From Leucobacter sp. (GTDB lineage Bacteria; Actinomycetota; Actinomycetes; Actinomycetales; Microbacteriaceae): a stretch of 38,163 bases of DNA. Where the stretch lies: the NCBI GenBank assembly GCA_031178565.1, contig JAPSIU010000002.1, positions 1 to 38,163 on the forward strand, written 5' to 3'. The position numbers were made by a program, and so were the translations under genes. Below, piece after piece: positions 1 to 7,492 of this stretch (position 1 is the stretch's first letter; every line of letters begins with the position of its first letter). The notes under the pieces are model-generated. The model searched no databases, was not told the origin of the DNA, and saw only the letters and a list, made by a program, of their open reading frames with translations.

Positions 1-2
1 TA

Positions 3-746
3 CCAGGCGACCCGTACGGTCCGCTGAGCCCCACCGCGCTGCACTGGCTCTCCGACGAGCCCCGCCGCTTTCCCGGCCTGCCCGGGCTCTGGAGCGCGGA
101 CGCGGAGGGCCTCGTCACCGCCGTCTTCGAGCCCGAGGACGGGGTCGCCCGAGGCGGCAAAGCCGTGCAGGGCGCGATCGAGCTCGGCCCGCTGACCGGA
201 CTGGCGAGCACCGCCCTGGCCTGGGGAGCGATCCAGCTGGAAGTCGCCGCCCGGAGCGGAGGAGTCATCCTCCGCCCCCGGGATCCCGAGTCGGAGGATC
301 GGCTGACGTACCGGGGAACGCAGACCTTCGCCCCCGATCGGGACTGGGTGATCACCGCGCGGTTCGTCCTCGCGCCGCGCGAGGGGGTCGAGGTGGCGTC
401 CGCCGCCGGCGCCGACGCCATGCAGCACTACGACTCGCCAGGGAGGGCCGAGTTCGAGGTCGCCGGGCAGCCCGTCAGCCTCACGCTCTTCGGCTCGGCG
501 GAAGCGGGGGATTTCCACGCCGTGTTCTCGGACGCCACGGGCGACGATCTCACCTTCGCCGCCGCCCGCGTCGTGAACGTCGCGCCCGCGGAGGACGACA
601 CGCTCGTCATCGATTTCAATCGGACCACGAACCCGCCCTGCGCCTACTCCGCGAGCGCCACCTGCCCCCTGCCCCCGCCGGAGAACCGCCTCCCGGTGCG
701 CATCGAGGCGGGCGAACTGCGGCCGGGGACCGAACGTCCTCAGTAG
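3..746 (+). CDS. DUF1684 family protein (5'-partial, begins before window)
   Basis: Frame open from position 3 (PGDPYGPLSPTALHWL...). C-terminal DFNRTTNPPCAYSASATCPLPPPENRL is the DUF1684 signature. Confidence 0.9.
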   Translation, partial: PGDPYGPLSPTALHWLSDEPRRFPGLPGLWSADAEGLVTAVFEPEDGVARGGKAVQGAIELGPLTGLASTALAWGAIQLEVAARSGGVILRPRDPESEDRLTYRGTQTFAPDRDWVITARFVLAPREGVEVASAAGADAMQHYDSPGRAEFEVAGQPVSLTLFGSAEAGDFHAVFSDATGDDLTFAAARVVNVAPAEDDTLVIDFNRTTNPPCAYSASATCPLPPPENRLPVRIEAGELRPGTERPQ

Positions 747-784
747 GGTCACCGTTCGTCCGAGTGGCGGGCAGGTTATGCACG

Positions 785-819
785 TCGGTGCGGTTCGGTG
801 CGGTTTCGGTATGGTTTCG
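785..819. repeat. Short degenerate tandem repeat (~10-11 bp, TCGGTGCGGT(T) x3)
   Basis: tcggtgcggt tcggtgcggtt tcggtatggtt tcg, read directly downstream of the DUF1684 stop. Confidence 0.55.
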
Positions 820-931
820 CCCAGTTCCGTGGATCCGCGGATCCGCCCGCCCCGCGCATTCCCGGTGCAGCTCCGTACGCTTTTCCGGCGTGGAGGTCCC
901 CAGGAGCGGACGGCGACGCTATTCTGAGGAT

Positions 932-1138
932 ATGAAGACAACTGGATTCCTCGGGCTCCCCGCACAGATCCAAGAGCTCGTGCTGAAGGGCCTCGACGCC
1001 GAAGTCAAGGCCACAGAGGCGCGCATCCAGGAGGCCGAACGATCGCGTCCCGTGGATCTCGCCCATCTGGGATCTCTCAAGGGCGACCTCACGCGGGTCG
1101 AGGCGCTGCGAAGCAGCCTCACCAGCGGGCAGGCCTGA
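932..1138 (+). CDS. Small hypothetical protein (68 aa, coiled-coil-like)
   Basis: MKTTGFLGLPAQIQELVLKGLDAEV... with GC3-biased codons. TATTCT -10-like hexamer (920-925) lies 6 nt before the ATG. Confidence 0.7.
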   Translation: MKTTGFLGLPAQIQELVLKGLDAEVKATEARIQEAERSRPVDLAHLGSLKGDLTRVEALRSSLTSGQA

Positions 1139-1203
1139 TCGATTCCGCGCGGCGATCCGGACCGCCGCGCTCGACCGGGGCCGCTTCGTGCTCGCGCGCG
1201 AAC

Positions 1204-1266
1204 CCGCAGCGGTGATTCCGCGGCGGTGACTCCGCAGCCGCGATTCTTCCGCAGCCGCGATTCCGC
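1204..1266. repeat. 14-bp degenerate tandem repeat CCGCAGCSGYGATT x4
   Basis: ccgcagcggtgatt / ccgcggcggtgact / ccgcagccgcgattctt / ccgcagccgcgatt. Confidence 0.7.
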
Positions 1267-1356
1267 GCTGGGCGCCCCCGCGGATCGTCGGCGTCCCACG
1301 CCACCTGCCCGTCGCCTGAATGCGCCGGTTTCCGCGAGCGGCTAGCCTTCCGGGTG

Positions 1357-1399
1357 GACGCCCCGCACCTAGAACCCCATTTCGCAGGTGCGGGGCGTC
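1357..1399. terminator. 14-bp perfect inverted repeat, terminator-like hairpin
   Basis: gacgccccgcacct (1357-1370) ... aggtgcggggcgtc (1386-1399). Confidence 0.55.
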
Positions 1400-1412
1400 T
1401 CTCGATCTGCAT

Positions 1413-1528
1413 TCGGGTTGCGTCCCGCGGTTGCCGCCGCCGCATCGCGGAGAGGGACTGGCAACGGGCAAAGCTGACCCCCGAGATCCGGGATCTCGTG
1501 ATCGGGGATCAGCGTCGCCGCAACTCGA
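1413..1528 (+). ncRNA. Candidate structured RNA element (unassigned)
   Basis: Nested stems: 1413-1422/1519-1528 (one G-U), 1430-1435/1460-1465, 1473-1481/1504-1513 with inner cgagatc/gatctcg. No convincing CDS here. Confidence 0.3.
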
Positions 1529-1667
1529 TCTGCTGGAACGTCTTCAGCGACTGAGCGAGGCACGGGCGACGGCGCACGGTAGCCGATCCTCTTCCGGGTC
1601 GCCACCCCCTCGCTCTTTCCGCTGCGCGCACGCAACCTGGTGTCTACACCGATGGGAAGGAGTCGGC

Positions 1668-1814
1668 ATGAACGAGCAGATGCCGGAGGCGATTCGCCAG
1701 GAAGCCGAACGCGCGGAAGAGGCTGTGAAGAAGGCCAAGTCGGAGGCCACCGACGTGCGGACCGACGAGGAGAGCATGAAACAGTCCGAAGAACCCCCGA
1801 CCACGGTCGACTGA
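1668..1814 (+). CDS. Small charged hypothetical protein (48 aa)
   Basis: MNEQMPEAIRQEAERAEEAVKKAKSEATD... preceded by a strong RBS (GGAAGGAG). Confidence 0.65.
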   Translation: MNEQMPEAIRQEAERAEEAVKKAKSEATDVRTDEESMKQSEEPPTTVD

Positions 1815-1889
1815 TCCGCCGATGCACGTCGCACACGGAACCCGCACCCCCGAGAACGCCTCGCAGGCCATCGCCCCCGCCGGTGAAGG

Positions 1890-2318
1890 ATGAGCGGGCG
1901 TGTTCTCGCGCGGGTGGCGACACCCGATGAGCACGCAGGGCTCGCGGCGGCTGTGGGATGGCAGGCGCACTTCGACGATCATCTCCGAGCGGCGTCCCTC
2001 TCGGCCTCGATCGCCGGGGTCGTCTACGTCGATCCGGACGACGGAGTCGTCGGGATGGCGCGAGCGGTGGGAGACGGGCTGCAGTACGCATACATCCAGG
2101 ACGTGATCGTGCATCCCGACCATGACGGAAACGGGATCGCGACCGCCCTCGTGAAACACCTCGTCGAACTCCTGCATCCGGCGCCGGGCACCGAGATGTT
2201 CATCGGCCTCTTCGCGAGCGACGAGGCCGTGGGAGTCTACGAGTCCCTCGGGTTCACAAGCAGCGGAGCATTGGGGATGCACCAGCGCGTCTCCGGAGGG
2301 CGCCCCTGGGAGCCCTGA
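1890..2318 (+). CDS. GNAT family N-acetyltransferase
   Basis: VGMARAVGDG...YIQDVIVHPDHDGNGIA (acetyl-CoA motif A) ...YESLGF. Confidence 0.88.
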   Translation: MSGRVLARVATPDEHAGLAAAVGWQAHFDDHLRAASLSASIAGVVYVDPDDGVVGMARAVGDGLQYAYIQDVIVHPDHDGNGIATALVKHLVELLHPAPGTEMFIGLFASDEAVGVYESLGFTSSGALGMHQRVSGGRPWEP

Positions 2319-2415
2319 TCCGGATCGCGCTGCTCCCGCCTCTCGGAGCGAATGCCTCGTGATCTCCGTCGCGCGACGGATGTGCGGACAGGCTTTGCCG
2401 CCTACGCTCGGTGCC

Positions 2416-2781
2416 ATGAGCAAGAACGAGACGTCCGCCGCGGGAGAGCCTCGGAAGAAGGACGGCCGCAGCGGCCTTGCGCTCGGCATCTGCTTCGGCC
2501 TGGTGTTCGGCGTCGCGCTCGGTGCGGCCAGCGATAACCTCGCCGCATTCATGGGCGTCGGCATCGCACTCGGCATCGCGTTCGGGCTGATCTACGACGA
2601 ACAGCAGAAGAAGAAGCAGTCGAGCCGGCCGAAGCCGCGCGCGGTGAAGGTCGAGAACGGCGCTACCTTCACTCTCGTGGAACGGAAGTCCCCTCGGCCG
2701 GGCCAGCGCTCCCACTATTGGCTGGGCGACAACGGTCAGGAGCTCGAGCTTTCCGACGACGAGGCGACCGAGCTTCTGTGA
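2416..2781 (+). CDS. Hypothetical membrane protein (Gly-rich two-helix hairpin plus small soluble domain)
   Basis: GLALGICFGLVFGVALG...GVGIALGIAFG. TACGCT hexamer (2403-2408) 7 nt before ATG 2416. The track's alternative start is 2359. Confidence 0.7.
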   Translation: MSKNETSAAGEPRKKDGRSGLALGICFGLVFGVALGAASDNLAAFMGVGIALGIAFGLIYDEQQKKKQSSRPKPRAVKVENGATFTLVERKSPRPGQRSHYWLGDNGQELELSDDEATELL

Positions 2782-2820
2782 TCCGGCTTCCGTGGTTTCG
2801 GCTTTCGTGATCCCGGCTTC
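2778..2820. repeat. ~15-bp degenerate tandem repeat x3 overlapping a stop codon
   Basis: gtgatccggcttcc / gtggtttcggctttc / gtgatcccggcttc. Confidence 0.55.
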
Positions 2821-3043
2821 TGCGAGTTCGTGGTGATGCAGCGGTGAAGCACCAGTGATGCAGCGAGCGGATCCGCGCTCCGCCCGAGGCTTCTGTTCCC
2901 ACCCGAGGCATGTGGTGCGGATACTTTCTGCGGGCAGGAAAAATTCCCTCGGGCGGGCGACGGGTGCGGGGCGGACGGGCGGCGGGCGGCGCGTCCAGCC
3001 CGTTCCCTCGATGGCCGCCCGCGCGCCGAGCCGTGAAGCACGA

Positions 3044-3073
3044 GCGGGGTGCGCGGGAGTCCGCGCACCCCGC
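3044..3073 (-). terminator. Hairpin terminator downstream of small basic ORF
   Basis: gcggggtgcgcgg-gagt-ccgcgcaccccgc, 13-bp perfect stem 5 nt after the stop at 3079. Confidence 0.65.
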
Positions 3074-3078
3074 GCGCA

Positions 3079-3204
3079 CTAAGAGCGCTTGTTCAACAGC
3101 GTGCTATCTGTGTCTGCTTTACCGCGTTTCACAGCGCGCTTTTCTTTCAGCGTCTGCTTCGCGGGCTTCTTCGCGGACTTATTGCCGCGATCTTTACCGG
3201 ACAT
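3079..3204 (-). CDS. Small Lys-rich basic protein (41 aa)
   Basis: MSGKDRGNKSAKKPAKQTLKEKRAVKRGKADTDSTLLNKRS. RBS GAAGGGAG upstream, hairpin downstream. Confidence 0.7.
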   Translation of the reverse strand: MSGKDRGNKSAKKPAKQTLKEKRAVKRGKADTDSTLLNKRS

Positions 3205-3368
3205 CTCAACTCCCTTCATTCGAAAGCTGGGCCAACCTTGACCATAGCCCACCCCCGCATGGAAGTCACGAGGCGTCACCTGCACGCGTGGCGAGCAGCA
3301 CTTCCAGGAATGTCGGCGGGCCGGCGTAACATCTCCTTCGACCACAGATTCGAACGGGGAGGCACGCG

Positions 3369-3584
3369 GTGAGGATCCGAGAAAGCATCAGCTTCGACAG
3401 CGGCTCCCGCTTCGACGCCTCCGCCGCCGAGGAGACATTGCAAGAGCTCGAAGAGCAGTACGCGGAAGGCGCCATCGAGCGGCACGCCTACCTCGAGAAG
3501 AAGAGCTCGCTCGTACGTCTCTTCGTGAAGGCCACCACGTCACCGAAGGGGCGCGGCCGCGAGGAGAACTACGGCGGGGAGTAA
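3369..3584 (+). CDS. Small hypothetical protein (71 aa), SHOCT-like helix motif
   Basis: LQELEEQYAEGAIERHAYLEKK resembles the SHOCT pattern. RBS GGGGAGG before GTG. Confidence 0.65.
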   Translation: MRIRESISFDSGSRFDASAAEETLQELEEQYAEGAIERHAYLEKKSSLVRLFVKATTSPKGRGREENYGGE

Positions 3585-3621
3585 GGGAGCAAGATCTCCG
3601 GCCCGCGTCCGTCCTCGATCA

Positions 3622-4092
3622 TCAGATCGCCTCGCCCCTCCCGGAGGACACCCCCGGTCGCCGGAACTTGCGAAAACTGTAGACGATGAGACCTATCGCG
3701 AGCAGTCCCGAAACCATCAGGGTTATCCCGGTGTTCCAACCTCCCGGGAGCCACCACCACTCCCCGAGAGGCCACCAGACTGGCGGAGGCGGCCGAATGC
3801 CCCAGACCAGTCCGATGACGATGAGTGACAAACCGCCGAGGGCGCTGAGTGCGATGCGGGGCCAGGTCTGCACACCTCTACGCGCCAGGAGCACTGCCTG
3901 CTTTTTGATCGGGACCAGGAGCCGCTTGGCCCAGGAGTATCGCAACGAGAGAACCACGAGGCCCGCGGTGAGCGTGAGTAGTCCCGGACCGGGTAGAACC
4001 AGCGCGACCGCACCCACGAGGACGAGCAGCCAACCGAGCACCTCGATGCCCGTGCGCCGCAGCCAACGCGAGACAGTAGTGTCGGTCCCCAT
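3622..4092 (-). CDS. PGPGW/TIGR02611-like membrane protein
   Basis: GWLLVLVGAVALVLPGPGLLTLTAGLVVLSLRYSWA motif, further TM helices, purine-rich RBS before ATG 4092. Confidence 0.8.
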   Translation of the reverse strand: MGTDTTVSRWLRRTGIEVLGWLLVLVGAVALVLPGPGLLTLTAGLVVLSLRYSWAKRLLVPIKKQAVLLARRGVQTWPRIALSALGGLSLIVIGLVWGIRPPPPVWWPLGEWWWLPGGWNTGITLMVSGLLAIGLIVYSFRKFRRPGVSSGRGEAI

Positions 4093-4380
4093 ATATACAT
4101 CCTTACCACCTCGATAAAGACGAACCAACGGGTTGCGGGGTTCCTGCGATTCGGGCCGTAGGCGGTGTACAGGCCGGGTCTCGCAGGACGCGCACACGGT
4201 GTCCAGCCCTCGCGAGAACGGGCTGAGTGCCGGCGATGACGCCGGACGTGGAGGCGGGTCTCTTCGACGACGATCTCGAAGCGTTTCGGAATCCCCGGAC
4301 CTGGCGATCGCGTCTCGGGGGGTTGCCGAAGTGGACAGTAAGCGGTCGGCGACCCCCGGCTACGGCCGCCTCGAAAACAC

Positions 4381-4420
4381 GAGAACGCCCGACCAGAAAT
4401 TGCTTCTGACCGGGCGTCTC
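4381..4420 (-). terminator. Hairpin immediately 3' of tRNA-Tyr
   Basis: gagaacgcccgaccagaa ... ttctgaccgggcgtctc imperfect inverted repeat. Confidence 0.55.
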
Positions 4421-4423
4421 CTA

Positions 4424-4508
4424 TGGTGGCGGGTGAGGGATTCGAACCCCCGTAGGCGTTGCCAGCTGATTTACAGTCAGCCCCCTTTGGCCGCTCGGGT
4501 AACCCGCC
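4424..4508 (-). tRNA. tRNA-Tyr (GTA), encoded CCA
   Basis: Reverse complement GGCGGGTTACCCGAGCGGCCAAAGGGGGCTGACTGTAAATCAGCTGGCAACGCCTACGGGGGTTCGAATCCCTCACCCGCCACCA: acceptor stem, anticodon GTA, long variable arm, TTCGAAT T-loop. Confidence 0.98.
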
Positions 4509-4667
4509 ATCGGTCGCGGAGTCCACGACCAGGGAACAACATTACCGTTTCACCCACGCGAATGGAAATCGGACCCGTACGAGTGGAAAACCGGGCAAGG
4601 CATCCCGGGACCGGGTCAACGCTCGCGCGGTGCCGGATCACGGCTCCCCGCGTGGGAAGATCGAAGC

Positions 4668-5132
4668 ATGAACGCCCTCCCCGCCGACATCACCCTGCGC
4701 CGCGCCGACGGCTTCGACCAGATCCCCTCACGCACCTTCTACCGCATCGCGCAGCTGCGCCAGGAGATCTTCGTCGTGGAACAGGACTGCGTCTACGCCG
4801 ACCTCGACGGCCGCGACCTCGAGCCCGGCACGATCCAGCTCTGGGCGGAGTCGGCGAACGGAGAGATCGCCTCCTCCGTGAGGATCCTGAACGAGGATTC
4901 CCGCGAGCCGGGGCTGCGCAGCATCGGGCGAGTCGTCACCGCCCCCGCCTGGCGCGGCCAGGGCATCGCCGCCGAGGTCCTGCGGGCCGCCATCGGAGCG
5001 TGCGAAGGCCACCCCATCCTGATCCACGCGCAGGCGCACCTGTCGGACTGGTACGGACGCTTCGGGTTTGCGCCCTGCGGCGCCGAGTTCCTCGAGGACG
5101 GGATCCCCCACCTGCCGATGCGGATCGGCTGA
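4668..5132 (+). CDS. elaA: ElaA-like GNAT N-acetyltransferase
   Basis: LRQEIFVVEQDCVYADLDGRD, IGRVVTAPAWRGQG, AQAHL..WYGRFGF, FLEDGIPHLPM. Confidence 0.9.
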   Translation: MNALPADITLRRADGFDQIPSRTFYRIAQLRQEIFVVEQDCVYADLDGRDLEPGTIQLWAESANGEIASSVRILNEDSREPGLRSIGRVVTAPAWRGQGIAAEVLRAAIGACEGHPILIHAQAHLSDWYGRFGFAPCGAEFLEDGIPHLPMRIG

Positions 5133-5186
5133 GCGCAGCAGGGTCTCCGACCGAGACTCCGCCGCATCCAGCGCGAGCTCGGCCTC

Positions 5187-6200
5187 CTAGAAGCCGCCCT
5201 TCCTGTAGTAACGACGGGTCGTGAGGTCGTGGTCGCGCGCCCGCTCGAGGTGGGTGCTCAACCGCTCAAAAGCCGCCGCCATCACGATGGGGCTCGCGAG
5301 CGCGCGTACGTCCTGCGAGATACCGGGCAGCTCGAACTCCTTGGTGTCGAACACGCGGAACTTCCGGGTTACGGTCGGAGCGAAACGCTCGACACGCTCC
5401 GCAAGGGGCCGCATTTCGTCCTCGCCCTTGATGAGCCAAACGCTCGTCTCCTCCTCCAGGAGTTCGAGGGTGCCGTGGAAGAAGTCCGACGCGTGCACGG
5501 GCCGGGTCCAGATCCACTGCATCTCCTCGAGGATGCACATCGCGTAGTACCACGCCTCGTACCAGACGTTCCCGGCCGCGGTGATGATGTGGTGCTGCTC
5601 ATCCGCGACCTCGTCAGCGAACTCCCGCGCACGATCCTCGAACTGCTGCTTGACGCCCACCAACAGCTCGGGCAATGCCTGCAACTCGGCGACGACGCGC
5701 TCGTACTCGTCGAACTCTCCGCGGTGATGCATGATCGACAGAGCAATGAAGAGCGACTGCAGAAGGTAGTTCTCGCTCGAGGTGGGATCCGCGCAGTCGT
5801 TCTGGAAGTTGATGTCGGCGAGTTCGGCGAGCGGCGTGCCGGCGGTTCCCGTCAGGGTCATGACGCGGGCGCCTCGCGACTTCGCGAACTCGAGCGCCTC
5901 GATCGCCTCCTTGGTCGTGCCCGACACCGAGGGGAAGACGACGAGCGACCCCTCGCCGACGTTGCTGTTACCCGAGAGCACCACTTCCGCCGCCATGTCG
6001 TGATAGGTGGGGAAGCTCGAGCGGGTCTGCAGCAAGCGCACCGCGGGCAGCGTGAGGAACGCGACGCCGCCCGCGCCCCAGAAGGCGATGTTGCGCAGGC
6101 CGTCGGCGAGCTCCCGGCCGATCGCGTCGTGGATGGGCCCTGCGAGCTGGGCTGCGCCGTTCTCGACGCTGAGGTAGTGGTCAGAGGTGAAGTTGAGCAT
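5187..6200 (-). CDS. frlB: SIS-domain fructosamine-6-phosphate deglycase (FrlB-like)
   Basis: SVSGTTKE, YAMCILEEMQW, FFHGTLE and C-terminal HDLTTRRYYRK are FrlB family motifs. RBS GGAGAG before ATG 6200. Confidence 0.88.
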   Translation of the reverse strand: MLNFTSDHYLSVENGAAQLAGPIHDAIGRELADGLRNIAFWGAGGVAFLTLPAVRLLQTRSSFPTYHDMAAEVVLSGNSNVGEGSLVVFPSVSGTTKEAIEALEFAKSRGARVMTLTGTAGTPLAELADINFQNDCADPTSSENYLLQSLFIALSIMHHRGEFDEYERVVAELQALPELLVGVKQQFEDRAREFADEVADEQHHIITAAGNVWYEAWYYAMCILEEMQWIWTRPVHASDFFHGTLELLEEETSVWLIKGEDEMRPLAERVERFAPTVTRKFRVFDTKEFELPGISQDVRALASPIVMAAAFERLSTHLERARDHDLTTRRYYRKGGF

Positions 6201-6210
6201 CGTCTCTCCA

Positions 6211-6233
6211 GTTGTATAACAAGTATGTGACAA
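6211..6233. promoter_or_regulatory. Putative GntR (HutC/FrlR-type) operator
   Basis: GTTGTATAAC (6211-6220) fits GT-N2-TA-N2-AC and lies between the frlB promoter and RBS. Confidence 0.55.
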
Positions 6234-6238
6234 GTCTG

Positions 6239-6267
6239 ATGATATCCACCTACCCGTGTTCCCTCAA
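6239..6267 (-). promoter_or_regulatory. Putative housekeeping-sigma promoter for frlB-like gene
   Basis: Minus strand TTGAGG-17 nt-TATCAT. Confidence 0.55.
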
Positions 6268-6339
6268 GCGGCAGTGCACCATACGGCTCGATAACGACTC
6301 TGCAGATGTCGCGGAAACTTCTTTCCATGTCTGATGACG

Positions 6340-6357
6340 AGTGATACCGTTATCACT
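6340..6357. promoter_or_regulatory. LacI-type operator 1 (AGTGATACCGTTATCACT)
   Basis: Near-perfect palindrome with central CG upstream of dctP. The motif recurs at 12662 and 18957. Confidence 0.7.
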
Positions 6358-6409
6358 GACTACGGGAGTCAAAGCCGACCCCGTATCCATCGACGAAAGG
6401 CGAGAAGGC

Positions 6410-7426
6410 ATGAGGAAGCACCTTCTACGGAGCGCGGCGCTGGTCACGGCGACGGGCCTGCTCCTCGCAGGATGCAGCAGTAATAACAACGGCGGCGCGG
6501 GCGATGGGGGCGGGGCGGAGGAAACACTCACTCTCCGCGTCAGTCACGTGAACCCACCCGACAGTATCGACGGCAAGATCGTCGATGAGGTCGCCGAATC
6601 GGTGAACGAGAAGAGCGGCGGATCGCTCGAGCTCGAAGTGTATCCCTCTGGCCAGATCGGAACCACCGGCGACACCGCCGAGCAGGCGGCGAACGGCGAG
6701 AGTGTGATCGGGTACATGGACGCCTCGATCATCGCGCAGCTGGGGGCGGACGACTTCGGCATCCTCGGCGGCCCGTTCCTCTTCGACGATCTCGAAAGCG
6801 TGAACAATTTCCTGGCATCGGATCTGTTCGCCGAGATGTCAGACCGCGTCGCGGAGGAGCACGGTATTCGTCTCCTGTCGCTGGGTTGGGTCGACGGACC
6901 GCGCCACATCTTCGGCAAAGAGGCCTACCCGAACCCGGAAGACCTCGAGGGTGTGAAGTTCCGCACTCCCCCGGTGGATGTCTGGACCGAGACATTCAGC
7001 CTGCTCGGCGCCGTACCGACCGAGGTCGCGAACACCGAGACCTACAGTGCACTCGAGCAGGGCGTGGTCGACGCTGCGGAAGGCCCGGTCAACGGCACCT
7101 ATCCGCAGCGCTGGCAGGAACCCGCGAACCAGGTGACGCTCACCGGCCACTTCCGCACGCTGCTCGGCTACGGCATGAGCGAGCAGGTGTGGCAATCGCT
7201 GACGGAGGATCAGCAGGAGCTGCTGCGCGACGAATTCGTGGCGGGTGGCGAGGAGGCCCAGGCCGGCTACGAGGCCGCCGTCGAGGAGACGATGCAGAAA
7301 ATGGAAGAAGAGGCGGGGGTCGAGTTCCACGAGGCCGATATCGAAGCGTACCGCGAGAAGACCGCACCCTTCTACGACAAGTACGGCGATCTCTACGACC
7401 AGGTCCGGGAAGCCTCCCAGGGCTGA
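6410..7426 (+). CDS. dctP: TRAP transporter substrate-binding lipoprotein
   Basis: Lipobox LLLAGC, LEVYPSGQIG, DLEGVKFRTP, ETYSALEQGVVDAAE. Confidence 0.92.
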   Translation: MRKHLLRSAALVTATGLLLAGCSSNNNGGAGDGGGAEETLTLRVSHVNPPDSIDGKIVDEVAESVNEKSGGSLELEVYPSGQIGTTGDTAEQAANGESVIGYMDASIIAQLGADDFGILGGPFLFDDLESVNNFLASDLFAEMSDRVAEEHGIRLLSLGWVDGPRHIFGKEAYPNPEDLEGVKFRTPPVDVWTETFSLLGAVPTEVANTETYSALEQGVVDAAEGPVNGTYPQRWQEPANQVTLTGHFRTLLGYGMSEQVWQSLTEDQQELLRDEFVAGGEEAQAGYEAAVEETMQKMEEEAGVEFHEADIEAYREKTAPFYDKYGDLYDQVREASQG

Positions 7427-7492
7427 TCGGCACGACGGGCGGGGCGCATCGCGGGTGCGCCTCGCCTCTCCATTCCACTCGGGAGGGCACCC

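Noticed and set aside
1204-1266. Possible CRISPR-like array
   Set aside because: Units are 14 bp, contiguous, have no unique spacers, and no cas genes are present.
1444-1470. GAGGGACTGGCAAC resembling SAM-I riboswitch core words
   Set aside because: The intervening P2/pseudoknot and downstream P3/P4 consensus are missing, and no sulfur-metabolism gene follows.
4249-4266. TGGAGGCGGGT, similar to the tRNA-Tyr 3' end (TGGTGGCGGGT), as a possible att remnant
   Set aside because: Only 10/11 nt in GC-rich DNA and no integrase nearby, so it is consistent with chance.
4227-4409. 60-aa ORF between the PGPGW gene and the tRNA
   Set aside because: No RBS or motif, and it runs into the tRNA terminator hairpin.
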